Assembly: GCA_964016885.1 (NCBI GenBank) | Contig: OZ024740.1 | Location: 61,132,001-61,196,000, forward strand | DNA length: 64,000 nt | Reading direction: 5' to 3' | DNA from: Eledone cirrhosa | Lineage: Eukaryota | In this document: in pieces, positions 12,082 to 26,425 of the stretch | How positions within the stretch are numbered: position 1 is the first letter of the stretch | Layout: each line of letters starts with the position of its first letter | The notes under the pieces: model-generated | What the model was told of the DNA's origin: nothing | The model's input: the letters and a program-made list of their open reading frames with translations, nothing else | The model's database searches: none | Program-made: the position numbers and the translations under genes

Positions 12082-13143
12082 GTGCTAAACAAAGGGTTGG
12101 GAAACCTTTCAGTTGTGTCAAAGGCATGACAACCTCACTAGTTTTAGTGCCATGATAAATGCACTCAGTAGAATGTGGAACCATTGAGATGGCCTGCCTG
12201 GGAGGTCAGTAACCCTGCTTCAGTACCGACTCAGTATATGAAGACCCATCAAACCCTTGCTACCAGGAAAAGTGGACATTAAATGATGAAGATGTTATAT
12301 GTATATAAAACATACATATACAGACAATTTTGTCATAGTAACCATCACAACTTCATCTTCTCGATGTCCAAATACTAATACACAAACCATTGTTTTAAAT
12401 GCTGTACATTATTAAACAAACTTATCTCTTTAGTACTTAAATCATTGCTATTATGCCACAATATTAGCGCACTTATCTTTCCAATTTCCTGACATCAGTA
12501 CACTAAACATTACTGTTGTAATTACTGTATTTGATTAATCATATTTATCTCTTCAATATCTATATCATTAGAAGATAGATAGGTGAATGATTAAGAAGTT
12601 CACTTCATAATATAATCGTGAGATTTCCAGTTCAGTCCCACAACCTGGTATCTTGGGCAAGTAAGTATCTTTTACCATAATCATGAGTTAACCCAAATCT
12701 CTGAGTGAAATTGTGTACACTGGAAACATTTTGAAAGCTTTTTTGGAAGGACAATATCTGTAATTCAAACAGCCTGTTTTGTCACCAACTGTGTCATGCC
12801 AAATCCCCTTGAGAATTATATTACAGGTAAACATATCTATAGAATACTCAGCCATTGATATATTGTGAGAATGGCTCATGTGAATGAGCTCACCTCTCAA
12901 CATCTGATTGAAGGACAAGAAGATACAGCTGGCAAACAACATTTACCCTTGATAGTAAAGATGGATCTGTAGGTTTCCTTATTTGATCCTAGGTGGCTGT
13001 TTTATAAGGACATTTAATTCCTTTTGTATACTATTTTCCATATCTGTTTCTTTCATAATTGATTTTTGTTTTTGTCCTTGTAATGTCCACTTATCAAGCA
13101 TTCTTGTAACAAATAAAAGAAATCATTATTATCGTTGCACCAT

Positions 13144-13338
13144 AGGGCAGTGATTTGGCAGTATCGGTAGAGCGTCGGACATGCTTTCCAGCATAGTTAC
13201 GTCCCTTTACGATCTGAGTTCAAATCCGGTCACGGTTAACTTTGCCTTTCATCCTTACGGGGTCGATAAAATAAAGTACCAGTAATGTACTGGGTAATTG
13301 CTGGCCTTGTGCCTAAAATAGAAACAATTATTATTGTT
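13144..13338 (+). mobile_element. tRNA-derived SINE, family 2 (central GCCTTTCATCC...GGTCGATAAAAT domain)
   Basis: TGGCAGTATCGGTAGAGC A box, GAGTTCAAATCC B box, (ATT)n tail. Further copies at ~13785-13930(+), 14228-14385(+), 15903-16022(-), 21793-21982(-), 36965-37087(-), 37525-37735(+), 60470-60695(+). Confidence 0.85.
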
Positions 13339-15179
13339 GCTCTTTTTATATTATTCATTTTTTCTGTGTGTTTGTTAGTGTATGACAAAACTGTATTTTC
13401 TTAATAGAAGATTAAATCTCTTTTATCCTGCAGTTTAGCCCTTGTGGTAGCTGGGCATGGTGGAATGTGGATTGTGAAGATATTGAGATTTTTAATGACC
13501 AGGCTATAGCAGAGAAGTTTTATATATTTTCTCTTTTTTCTCTGTTAGACTTTAATTCCACAAATTAATAGTACTAGATACACTTAGTAAAATAGGAATA
13601 TTCATATTCATTTGTTTCAGTCCTCTTATTTTTAACCTTTTGAACTCTGATGCATGTAGTCCCCAATTGGGTATTTGCATGAAAATCACTTGGAAAATGA
13701 TATCAATTAAAACTAAAAACTAACCAACTAACTAAATAAATAAATAACCAGGCCTATGTTAGAAATCATTATTAAAAGGCAAAAAAGATGGATTGGCAGA
13801 ATCAGTAGAGCATCAGACAAAATGCCATGCAGTATATCTTCCAACTCTTTACATTCTGAGTTCAAATCCCTCTAAGGATAAAATAAAGTATCAGTCAAGT
13901 ACTGGGGTCAATATAATCTACTTTCCCTTAGCCCCATACTTAAATGAATTGTAATTTTTCTCCTTATCTTCTTTTTTCTTCACTCTTAAGTTAAATGGGC
14001 AAGAGGGATCTGTTATATATCCACATCTGTTTTTTTATCAACCACAGCTATGACTGGCTTATTGTGCTTTAATAACTTGTTTGTATCGTAAAGTCCCATA
14101 TGATTTTACAATTGTCTGATTTAATTACTTTCTCTGACATATGGTTGTACCATTTACCTTCACACTCAAATCCTCACTTCTGACAGAATTTCCAGTGTAT
14201 AACCTTGGCCATTTCATTATTATTTTACAGCCCTTTATGTTCTGAGTTCAAATCCCGCCAAGGTTAGTTTTGCTTTTCATACTGGGTCAATAAAATAAAG
14301 CACCAGTAATGCAAAGGGGTCGATTTAATTGACTTCCCCCTCCCTAAAATTGTTGGCCTTGTGCCTAAATCAGAAACTATTAAAAACAAGTGGCTGACAG
14401 AATTTAAGTCTGTATCTCCACTTACTGATTTGTCCTTCCCAAACTTAGAAGCCGACAAGAAGCTGGAAGCGACAAAGTCTAGTCACCTGATGGCCAGAAT
14501 ATGTATAGACAAATACATTTTATATTGAAGGAGTCAAAGTTCACTTAAAAGTGATAAAGTTGGAGATGTTTGTGATAGGCAGAAACCAGCAAATGATAGA
14601 TATTAAAAGATATAATCCTAATGATGGAAATCAAGACAGATTCATGTAAAAGGATCAACACAAACTCTGTGTAGTTGTACAAAATAAAATGTAATCCCCC
14701 CCCCCCCCACACCAAGCAAATATATTTATAAATAATAAATGCCTATAGATAGATATTGTATATGTAAACCGGAATGCTTATCACAGAGAGACATATATAC
14801 ACAAGTACATATGTATACGCATACACATACATTCCATTGTGGACAACATAGGAGTGTTAAATCATGGCAAATCACAAGATTATTGTGTGATAACTTGAGA
14901 TATAAATATATATAGATACTTATATATAAGTATGTGTTTGCATAGTGTATGTATAAATTTATTAAATTTACTAATTTACAATATCCTTTGTGTTAATGTT
15001 GAGAAAGGGAACATTCATATAAATTATGAGCTATTATCCAGTTTTGACAGCTCATAATAGAGGCTGGTGAACAGTTGATAAGACACAGAAGGTCAATGTC
15101 CAACTTCCCACACTTTCTAGCCTTAGTGCCATTTATAACTGTACTTTGGCAAGATTATACACCTCTTTTGTACCCATGC

Positions 15180-15635
15180 ACACAAGCATGGAAAGCTGGA
15201 CACACTCTCCCACAATGCTGCTGAAATGGCTAAAAACTCCCAGTCCACCATGTAAGGTGCTCATTCTGGAGACATATCAAAAGAACACCCAGTCTGTCTT
15301 GTAAGGTGGTCATGCTGGTGACACAATAAAAAGCACCCAGTCCACCATGTAAATTGGTTGTGTTGATGATACAACAAATAAGCACCCAGTCCACCCTGTA
15401 AGGTGGTCATTTTGGTGTCATAATAAAAAGTACCCCAGCCATGCTGTAAATGCAGTTGGCATTAGGAAAGGCATCCAGCCATAGAAAACAAGTCAGAAAC
15501 AGTTCTGTATGAGCAAGACATGGTCACCTGATCTGATTTGTATCACAATGTTAAGACAACTCATCACAATGCCAAGAAAACTCATCACAATGCCAGGACA
15601 ACTCATCTGTGGAAAATGGATGATAAACAATGATC
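15180..15635 (+). mobile_element. RTE 3'-UTR/SINE-tail derived repeat with internal tandem subrepeats
   Basis: Repeated cacccagtccaccatgtaaggtg units, then gaaaggcatccagccatagaaa and ggaaaatggatgataaacaatgat. Related copies at ~19950-20560, 26780-27120, 38440-39060, 49620-49870, 50870-51070, 54155-54870, 59300-60170. Confidence 0.7.
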
Positions 15636-15800
15636 ACACACACAGTAATTAGTAAAATCCTAGCTAAAACAGAGTGAGACCTCTATTAGGATTTTACTAA
15701 TTACTATATCAACTCTGTACCTAAATATGCATTGAGTATTATCCTGGTTTGTACTCTTCATAACTGAACACTTCTTTCTATTTGCAAGTAAAAAAGTGTG

Positions 15801-15844
<44 letters not shown>

Positions 15845-17479
15845 TAGAATCTCTCAGATACAATAAACAGCATTTTTTCATGCAAACAATATTTAGCAAA
15901 ATAATTGTTTCTACTTTTGGCACAAGGCCAGCAATTATATCAGTGTATTACTGGTACTTTATTTTATCGACCCCGTAAGGATGAAAGGCAAAGTTAACCT
16001 CGGCGGGATTTGAACTCAGACCATTTAGCAAAATAATGGTTTCTGATTTAGGGCATAAGGCCTGCAAAATAATAAATATGAAAATGATCTTCAAATTAAG
16101 AGTATTAATATATTTAAATATCTAAAAAAACAACTGTGCAAATGAAAATAGAATCTATTTAACACAGTGTACAATAATTACCTAATTATAGTGTGGAAGA
16201 TAGACGTTAAATGATGACGATAATGAAAAGATAGCATTAGCTTAATGACTAATATGATTTTAATCATCCTCATCTTACATACACTTTCGATGCTGGCATG
16301 GGTTGGACAGGTTATCATGATCTGGAACCAGACAGGTCAGAGCGTGGCATGGTTTCTATGGTGGATGCTCTTCCAAACATCAACCAGTGTATAGTGTGCA
16401 TTTTTTATGGTATCAGTACTACCATGTTACAGAATGTATTGTATGCATTTTATTTTTTTGACAAATTTGTTTGCCTTGTGCCAAAAGTAGAAACAGTTAT
16501 TTTACAAATACAACTTTCTGACATGCTAGAGATCAATACAAATGGTACTATTGATATGCACCAACAAGGGTTAGATTGTTACATGCTACTGGGAAATAGT
16601 GTCAGATCCTAACCTTCCTTTCCATAAACTCTGCTTCTCAATATGTTTACAAAATGTAACCAAAGTTTCCTCCTGAATCTTTTTTTAAAATATCCAGACA
16701 CACGTCGCTCTAGCAGCCTATATCAACTGCAGACTAAACAGTAGTTTCCACCAATTCACCAACTGAGATGTTAGTTATATTGAAAAACCCAAGAGAAATA
16801 TTGGACCCTATAGACATACAAATTCTGTGTAAATAGACACATCATTCATCATTGAAAGTGGTGCTTCAGTTTAACTTTGGGCATGATGGTTAAAACAAAC
16901 TAAAGAACTTTGAATGAAAGATAGAATTAGTTTGTAGAATTTAACAGTATAGCAATCACTGACATAGATTCTGCTGTATTTGCATTTTACAAAATAATTG
17001 TAGCATAGTGAAAAAAGAATTACATCCTAGAAAGCAGCATAGAACCAAGCCCAAACATAATTCCAACAGCAGACAAAAATGAAAATAAAACTCAGCAACA
17101 AAGAAAATACACCCCACACAAAACAGTATACTATTAAATATTTGTATTCAACAAACAATCATCGAAACAATATATATCTAGGAGCAAGCACAGTCATGTG
17201 GATAAGACGTTTGCTTCACAATCATGTTTCTAGGTTTAATCTCACTGCACCTTTACACTTTTTATCTGAAAATGCCCTGGTTTTATTATATAAAACTGCC
17301 TGTTTTAGAGTGTTCATAATTATATTAAAACCTTCCAACATAATCTTATGTAAGAACCTTTTAATAAGTAATGTTCCAAACATCGGATTATTAATTGTAT
17401 TTTACTAAATTCCTCCAATTCTTTTTATTATATTAAAAATTAATTGAAACAGAAATCCAGTGGATTTCTTTATTAATAT

Positions 17480-19550
17480 ACTAGCAGTAAAGCCCGGCGT
17501 TGCTCGGGGTCGCTCAGTAGCTGTGTTAAAGTTACAATGTTAAGTTTCTTTTTTGGCTTAAAAACTGTAGTGTCTACTGTGCAGACTTGCATGTGGTGTT
17601 TTTGATTAATATTCCCTCAACCAACAATATGCCTTATGAAGTTAAGAAAACATAACGATAACTCGAATGTTATAACAAAAGAGGATGCTGGGGATAAAAA
17701 CTGCACGGGTTACTTATTAACAAAGATCGAAAATGTAAACACTGCAACGCAGAGAAAAACATTAGCGTAACCAAATTATCAGTTATGTCTGTCTGCACGC
17801 CTATATCACCTCTCTGCACGACTGTCTGTCTGCACGCCTAACGACGAAATATTTGCTTGTTTTACGTAGTCTTTAAATAGACTTGTTTTCAAGTAAAAAT
17901 ATTGTTTTAAAATGCTTTTAAATGGAAATGAAGCAAAACGGGGTCGCTCAGTAGCTGTGTTAAAGTTACAATGTTGAGTTTCTTTTTTGGCTTAAAAACT
18001 GTAGTGTCTACTGTGCAGACTTGCATGTGGTGTTTTTGATTAATATTCCCTCAACCAACAATATGCCTTATGAAGTTAAGAAAACATAACGATAACCCGA
18101 ATGTTATAACAAAAGAGGATGCTGGGGATAAAAACTGCACTGGTTATTTATTAACAAAGACTGAGAAAGCCAGCGTAATTTTTTACGTAAGACGCTCAAT
18201 GTAAACAGAACAAAGGGAAATAACTGATAACTTACGCTCAAAAATCGATACATTATATTCGATTTCGTCACATAGGGTGGGTCAATTTGAAATATTTTTT
18301 TTTCCGATGTCTTCGCTAGGGCTCAATGTACAAGTATAGAAATTTCGGTGCAATTCCGTGAGAGATTCTAAGAGGAGATGTGTGCCAAAAATCGATAGAC
18401 AGACAGACAACCACAGTTTTATATATATAGATATGTCTGTCTGCACGCCTATATCACCTCTCTGCACGACTGTCTGTCTGCACGCCTATATCACCTCTCT
18501 GCACGACTGTCTGTCTGCACGCCTATATCACCTCTCTGCACGACTGTCTGTCTGCACGCCTAACGACGAAATATTTGCTTGTGTTACGTAGTCTTTAAAT
18601 AGACTTGTTTTCAAGTAAAAATATTGTTTTAAAATGCTTTTAAATGGAAATGAAGCAAAACGGAAGCTTAGTGTTCGAACTGATGAATTTTGCAGGTCAA
18701 TATTTTGCTGGCTCGACAACTGTTAAAGCCAGCGTAATTTTTTACGTAAGACGCTCAATGTAAACAGAACAAAGGGAAATAACTGATAACTTACGCTCAA
18801 AAATCGATACATTATATTCGATTTCGTCACATAGGGTGGGTCAATTTGAAATTTTTTTTTTTCCGATGTCTTCGCTAGGGCTCAATGTACAAGTATAGCA
18901 ATTTCGGTGCAATTCCGTGAGAGATTCTAAGAGGAGATGTGTGCCAAAAATCGATAGACAGACAGACAACCACAGTTTTATATATATAGATATGTCTGTC
19001 TGCACGCCTATATCACCTCTCTGCACGACTGTCTGTCTGCACGCCTATATCACCTCTCTGCACGACTGTCTGTCTGCACGCCTATATCACCTCTCTGCAC
19101 GACTGTCTGTCTGCACGCCTAACGACGAAATATTTGCTTGTGTTACGTAGTCTTTAAATAGACTTGTTTTCAAGTAAAAATATTGTTTTAAAATGCTTTT
19201 AAATGGAAATGAAGCAAAACGGAAGCTTAGTGTTCGAACTGATGAATTTTGCAGGTCAATATTTTGCTGGCTCGACAACTGTTAAAGCCAGCGTAATTTT
19301 TTACGTAAGACGCTCAATGTAAACAGAACAAAGGGAAATAACTGATAACTTACGCTCAAAAATCGATACATTATATTCGATTTCGTCACATAGGGTGGGT
19401 CAATTTGAAATTTTTTTTTTTCCGATGTCTTCGCTAGGGCTCAATGTACAAGTATAGCAATTTCGGTGCAATTCCGTGAGAGATTCTAAGAGGAGATGTG
19501 TGCCAAAAATCGATAGACAGACAGACAACCACAGTTTTATATATATAGAT
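17480..19550 (+). mobile_element. Helentron/HINE (DINE-1/Lep1-like) non-autonomous element expanded into a tandem array (559-bp period, internal 37-bp minisatellite)
   Basis: Starts ACTAGCAGTAAAGCCCGGCGTTGCTCGGG; units end gacagacagac...ttttatatatatagat (18432, 18991, 19550); identical ORF-track hits 559 bp apart; 37-mer gtctgtctgcacgcctatatcacctctctgcacgact. Confidence 0.7.
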
Positions 19551-20711
19551 TAACAAAAGGATTTAGCAAAAGTATATTCTACTATTGCCTCAGTTAAATA
19601 ACACTACAAATTATCTTTAGCAAGTATCATTCTTCTAGTCTTTTTGTCATTGCCACTGCACGGCACCATCTGAGTTTTTTTTTTTTTTTTTTGTATCATT
19701 GCCTCCGGTGAAATTCAGTAGATTAAAATTGTGCAAAAGCTGAGTGGAAGACCTAATCTATTGCCCTATTTAATACTACCACCACCTGGCCCTTGGAGGC
19801 TTTTAGCAGAGTCCATTTTGCTTCAAACATTTTGACTATATATCCCTGAGTCATGATTTTCTCCTATTATCCCATTCAAACAGTTTCAGAGGCCCTGCAA
19901 AAGCTCATTGGTGCAACCCTTCCTCCCTCCTATGACTAAGCAAATTATATATCATCATCATTGATTAATGTCTATCTTCCACACTAGCATGAGAGACAGG
20001 TTTGTCCCATTTAGAGGCAAGTTAGGTCAGGTGACAGTTTCTGGCTGGATGCCCTTCCTAATGCCAACCACTTGACAGTGTGGGCTGGGTGTTTTGGGGC
20101 TGGTTTTCTATGGCTGGATGCCCTTCCTAACGCAACACCTACACGATCACTTTACAGTGTAGGGTTTGTGGTACCAGGATTTGTGGTACCAGTATTTTAT
20201 ATATATATATATATATACACATGCACATATCATGATAATGATATACACATATATATATGCATGCATATACATATACCATATATGTAATATATATATACAC
20301 ACATAAATATATTATCAACCTTGTCAATTAGTGTCCATCATTCATGGGTAGGACAGATTGACCCTTGATTAGCTCACCCAGGGAAGATTTTGGCTTGGTT
20401 TCTACAGGTGGGTGCCCTTCCTACTGCCAACCGCATTTACAGTGTGTGCTGGGTGCTTTTTGTCATGTCACCTACACGACCACTTTACAGTATGGACTCA
20501 GCACCTTTGTCATGTCACTGACACGACCATTTTACAGTGGGGCCAGGGTACTTTTGCCTTGGGACTAGAGATGGGGAGGAAGCTTGGGGAAAAATGTAGA
20601 AACTAAAAAAAATCCATCTGTGAACACAGATGTAAATATTTCGAAAAACGTTGCAACCGAAGGAAAACAGGAAGACGATACTTTGGTTCGTGAAGACGTT
20701 CCCTGGCATAA

Positions 20712-20757
<46 letters not shown>

Positions 20758-20789
20758 TATATATACATATATACACACACACACACTGA

Positions 20790-21615
20790 TCGCGTCATAA
20801 TGTGGTAATGCAGACAGCCAGGCATACAGACATTATGAAGGTGCGACGTCATATCTATGTATCTATCTAAAAAGAGAAAGACTAAGAGAAAGAAATCACT
20901 AAATTGCCTAATGCGGTCCCTAGGGCATTGAAAATTGGAATTTATTTTTTTGCTCAAAACACTTCCGGGACCATACAGGTTACATGTGTAAAGTTTGAAC
21001 AAAAAACGGTTAGGTACTTCTTGAGTTTTAGGGAAACAGACACACAGACAGACATCCTGTTTTATATATATAGACTAGCAGAAAACCACCCGGTGGGAGG
21101 TTTTCTGCTAGCAAATCTAGTGTATATACTGATATTGTTGAGATTTGGATGAGAAATGTTTTCGGCACCACATGTTCACCGTCTCTCGGTGTGTCTTTTA
21201 TGCATGTATAAATATATATGTTATCTATACGGTGAAATCTTTGAAATAAATATATGTTAAAACGAAAAAGGAGAAAAAGAGATTAGTGACGGAAATATAA
21301 ACGTTATGATACATAAACATTATGATATAACAATGGAAATATATCTTCAAATGGTCCTTGGCATGGTGTCAAGTCAGAACCGCCTCGAACTGGTTACTTC
21401 TGGCTTGTGCAAGGTGTCTCTATAGCAACCAGCGATTCCCTCGGCCTCAGTGACCAAAGTCAGTGGAGAGGGGAAGGTAATGTTTCTATAGCGACAGTGT
21501 TTCTCTTGGTAGTACCAAAGTGGAGAAAGGAAGGGGAAGGTAATATTTCTGTAGCACCTACATTTGAGTTTTAGGGAAGGACAGACAGACAGACAGACAG
21601 ACAGAGAAATGCCCA
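20790..21615 (+). mobile_element. Two adjacent HINE-like elements
   Basis: The end motif acagacacacagacagac...ttttatatatatag (21050-21073) runs directly into the start hairpin actagcagaaaacc...ggttttctgctag (21074-21110); a second (GACA)n end lies at ~21580-21605. The same hairpin start recurs at 23401-23437. Confidence 0.6.
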
Positions 21616-24089
21616 TATATTTCTGTGTGTGTATATATATATATATATATTACACACACAGAAATATATATATATTTCTTAGAACAAAATTATTATTAAT
21701 ATTTTGCTGTTCATAACAATTGGAATTGAAAAATTACTTTTGAAATTATTAGTTATTTTACTAATGCTTAGATATGTAAAAATGAAGCAATGTTTCTGTT
21801 TCTACTTTTGGCACAAGGCCAGCAATTACCCAGTACATTACTGGTACTTTATTTTATCGACCCCGTGAGGATGAAAGGCAAAGTTAACCTTGGCGGTATT
21901 TGAACTCAGACCGTAAAGGGACGTAACTCCATGCTATGAAGCACGGTGTCCGACTCTACAGATTCTGCCAATCCACCGCCCTAATGTCTGTACGTAATGA
22001 GGGAGTGAGAGGGGAGAGAAAGAAAGGCAGAGGTGAAGTGACGAAGTGACTCTCTCCTCCTCCATCTCCCCATTCGTCACAGCGATAGAGGGGAGGAATG
22101 TTAGTGTGTTACAAAGAGAAAGAGTGAGAGAAACAGACAGACTAAAAGAGAGGGATAACTGGGGAGAGAGAGAGATAGTGGAAACACGTGTGCGCGTGGT
22201 TGCTGTCGGACAGACAGACAAATTGTTGGTTATATATTATAAGGAGAAATATTACAAAAGACAAACCAACATTGCTGAAACTGCTCAAAATAGCAGCCAA
22301 ATATCCATATCCCTTTTTATCTTTTAAAATTGGAGGGACATTTCTGAAATGCCTTTGATCATGTCTGCTTAATAAGAGTTAACCTGGAGCTAAGCAACAA
22401 CACACAAGACACTAGCAAGCAAATTACCTCTCAGGTCACCAAACCTATGTACACAAGGGTTCAATAAGAATACATTTAGATATCAGTAATTTCCAAACAA
22501 TGAACAATAAGAGTCTATCCCTCATCTACTTTTTTACTTATGCAACTTGCCCACTAACTCATAAAATATGCATATCACCTCATGTGCATATACGACAGTC
22601 ACACTCTCCCACTCTAGACAGTTACACAAATACATGAAACCCTATGCCAATCAACACCAGGGTCGTTAAAGTACCAGACGAGATAACTTGTTGCATTTGT
22701 TCTACCCCTTTACATTCTGAGTTCAAATCCCACTGACATATTTGAGTGATAGATTTAATCCATCACAGCCATGCTTTTGAGTGGCTTTAGTAGATTCCAA
22801 TTTGTTGCAGGCATTTATTTCATACTAATCTCAGAGGCTTTGAAAAGAGTCATGGCCATTACAATTCTCTCCCTGACTAAACAATAAGAATAAACCAAAA
22901 GTACCATCTTTTTTCTAACCAGCAACAAAGATAATCTCATTAACTCTGGACACTGCTAGGCTGCAGATTATAATAACTAAGTGGGAGTGGTGGGAACAAC
23001 TGTAACATTATGAGTTTGTCTAGCTCCATTGTGGTCACCACCTGAACCTTCTTTAATACAGAAAGAGCTAGGATATCGAAATAACAAAATAACAACAACA
23101 ACATGAGAGACAGTATATCTGATGCATCAGATCTGTGGATTGTATCATCATTCAACCGACTATTTATATGCTATAAATCTACAAAATCAATGCAGACCAT
23201 CATTAAACAACACTCCATTACACAAACACACTACTATACTAAATTTCTGTAAATTATAATACTTTTCTCACCAATTTCAAGGACAAATTTATCTTCTTAC
23301 TAAAAAGATGTTTTGAAGTTACCTCATTCATGACTATTATGAACTATATACCAGTCCTGTTACCATGGTTGTTGACAATTTTTAACACCATTATATTTAT
23401 TAGCAGAAAAACCACCCTTCGGGTGGTTTTCTGCTAGCATGTGTAGTGTGTATATTGATATTATACGCAAGTATATATATACATGTAGATATGATACGTC
23501 AAATAAAATCGTAATTGACAATATACACAGAAATTGAAGAGAGTCTGTGTTACACTATCTTATGTAATCAGTAACGTAATCCATGATACATTAAAAAAAA
23601 GACGATATTATATATAAACTGCATTAGGAAAAAATTAGTGACAGAAAATTAATATGTTTATTTAAGCGATCGCCACCGGATGTGTTGACATTTGAAAATT
23701 TTAAAGAAGTGAATCTTTAAATAAATAAAATATATTTAATGAACAGCCACAAAATTTAGTAGATAAATTATGTAATATTCATTCATTATTTATTCAAAGT
23801 AATCCAACTTATTTTACTAATGGGATAACAAATTATAAACCGTACGCAGTCCCGCACTTCTTACTTTATTATAGTTTAGATTTCTATTATATTGCCTAGC
23901 ATACTGATATTATAGCAAACAGTATACTAACTTATATATGGTAGGCATGGTAATGTGTCAGATCAAATACTTTGAACTATTTATATAGGTATGTAAAGTT
24001 AGCGATAAATCCTTTCTGGGTTTATTCAATTGACTTACACCCTCTTTCTTGTCTTTGAGATATAAGAAAGTGAGTGAACATGCTAGTAC

Positions 24090-24131
<42 letters not shown>

Positions 24132-25432
24132 TATTTTCATTCTATTACAATCATTTAAGGGCAATGACTATATAGTAAGGTGTCAATTTATTTTCTTGTG
24201 TGTGCATATAAGGCTGTGTACTGAGTATTAGTGATGTCATTTATTTTAACTTGTTATTTTTCTCCTGTGTAAGTAGGTTTCAAAATATGAGTGATTTTAA
24301 GAACTATTTTCTGTATTTAACTAGTTGAAGCATGACCTAGTAAGTTGGTTATTTAATAGCTCAAACCTGTTTACATTCCTCACAAGGCTTCTATAGTGTT
24401 TTATCAGTATTTCACACTCTTACAACAACGAGCCCTAAACTGTTTGTCTTTTGAATATTATTCTGTTACTGTGTTGGGATTATGTTGATTTGATGCCATT
24501 GTTTATGTGGTAACCATTTTATAATGTCTAAATTTGCTAATGAAGCTACCCAAGTGTTCTATTCTGCTTGTGGCCAATTGTGTCATAAAATTTCCTATAT
24601 AGTTGATACATACTATTTATATATTTTCTTAGGTTCAATTGTTTTTGTAATGTTGGTTGTTAAGGGATATTGATTCAAAGTTGTAACTACCAAAATCTTC
24701 CAACTATCTCTAAATTCCCTCATGCTAACCACATGTTTGTTAATCCGTTTATTATATTTGCCATGGAGTGGTTTATTTTTCTCTTAATTTTATAGATCAT
24801 TTAAAAAGGCAATAATTTGTCAAAAATAGTAGAGTGCCAAACTAAACACCTTACAGTATTTAGTTCCAGTTTTGGGTTTTGAACTGAAACTGATTTATCC
24901 TTCCAGCCAGTCATATGATGAAGTCAGTTGACTATACCCCTCTCCTAACAAGTCTATAGATTTGTATTAATGATTATTATCAGAAATTATTATATTACTT
25001 TTAGTAGTAGTAGACTGAAACTTTGGATATGTTTCTGCAAATTCCTTGGTAATAATACCTGTAATTCCCATTCTCCTTGCTTGTGCTTCCTGATTTTCTT
25101 ATAGATTTTTCAAGAAAAAGTTCCATAAACTGTTAGACTAAAGGATTGTTTTGTCTTTTCACCTCTGCAAAGAACACTTATATGATCTATGTCAGTATGG
25201 AAAAGCAGACACGATGATGCCTGTTAGTGTTTGGAGAAGACACAGCTAATGAAAGGTAAATACAACCAACAAATCAGTTGATAAGTGATTTATTGTTGAT
25301 GTTCAGCTAGTATTGCAGGATGTTAATTTTCCCCCACTCTAAATATGAAATATAACACTTGATAGAATGGAGGGGTGTAGGTTTAAGGTCACCAGACACA
25401 AGTTCACTTTTTCATTGAGCCATATCACTTAA

Positions 25433-25604
25433 CCCTTTAGCATTTACATTACTCTATATTTACTATTGTATTTTTGCAGTAAAGTCTTTACCTCACACAA
25501 TTATCTCATAATATCGAATCTATGAGATTTTGATATTTATTTTGAGAACAATACCTTAATATCAGTATGAGTGACTGGTTACAGCCAGTTTAAATGCTAA
25601 AGGG
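25433..25604. mobile_element. piggyBac-type MITE
   Basis: TTAA-ccctttagcattta ... taaatgctaaaggg-TTAA: 14-bp TIR and TTAA TSD. A partial copy lies at 31781-31890. Confidence 0.9.
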
Positions 25605-26240
25605 TTAAACCTACAGAAGTATGTCAATAGTATGTAATGGAATAAACTCCAGCATACTGATCTGTCACGAATATACAAAGATAAAATCATATCACAGTGA
25701 CCCAACTAAAGCTTATATATCCACATCATAAACATGGGACCTTGTGATTAAATAATAATTCAGTCTTATTTATATAAGGATGAGAGCACTTACTAACAGC
25801 AAAGCAGTTGGTGAACTAAAATTTGCCTTATCAAGGAAGCATATACCTTAAATACAACACTTTTGCCACACAACAACTTACAACAAAAACTTTCATAATT
25901 TCTTTTTCAGCCTAAGCAAGGCAAAGCCACTAAAATACAACGGATTACTGAGAAAGGAAAAGGAGAAAACAGGAAGAACATAATTGAATGAGAGAGAAAA
26001 TGATGATTGATATTGGTTTTGAATGTTTGCAAATTGTAATGGTCTGGAAGGCCAGAAAAAAATTCAATAGGCATGATATGCGAGGGAAGAAACTATCAGA
26101 ATAATTTACAATTATATTTAGAACCTTCAACAAAATTGCTTGACCCAACAACCTCTGATGATCTTTCATTGACCACATATCAATAACAACAAAAATTGGA
26201 TAATATAAATTAGACTACATCTTTTGAGAAAAATCCTATA

Positions 26241-26425
26241 CAGATAAAATTCTGCTATAACGAATGCCATTACAACAAATTTTTCAGTATAACCAAATTT
26301 TTTTTCAATCCCCGAGGTAATAAATAAACGCTCAATTTGTTTCAGTCGATCTCATTATAAAGAATTTTTCGTTACAACAAATTTTTTTAATATTCCGTGA
26401 ATTTCGGTATAACGGAATTTCACTG
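26241..26425. mobile_element. Tc1/pogo (Tigger-like) MITE
   Basis: TA-cagataaaattctgctataac ... tataacggaatttcactg-TA; imperfect TIR, TA TSD. Confidence 0.75.

Noticed and set aside
14835-14860. Minus-strand LLCCPQW as a possible sulfatase CCPSR exon
   Set aside because: Lacks the S-R of the CxPxR motif and has no splice context.
18435-19120. 37-bp direct repeats resembling a CRISPR array
   Set aside because: Head-to-tail with no unique spacers, no cas genes, and eukaryotic context; a minisatellite within a HINE-like repeat.
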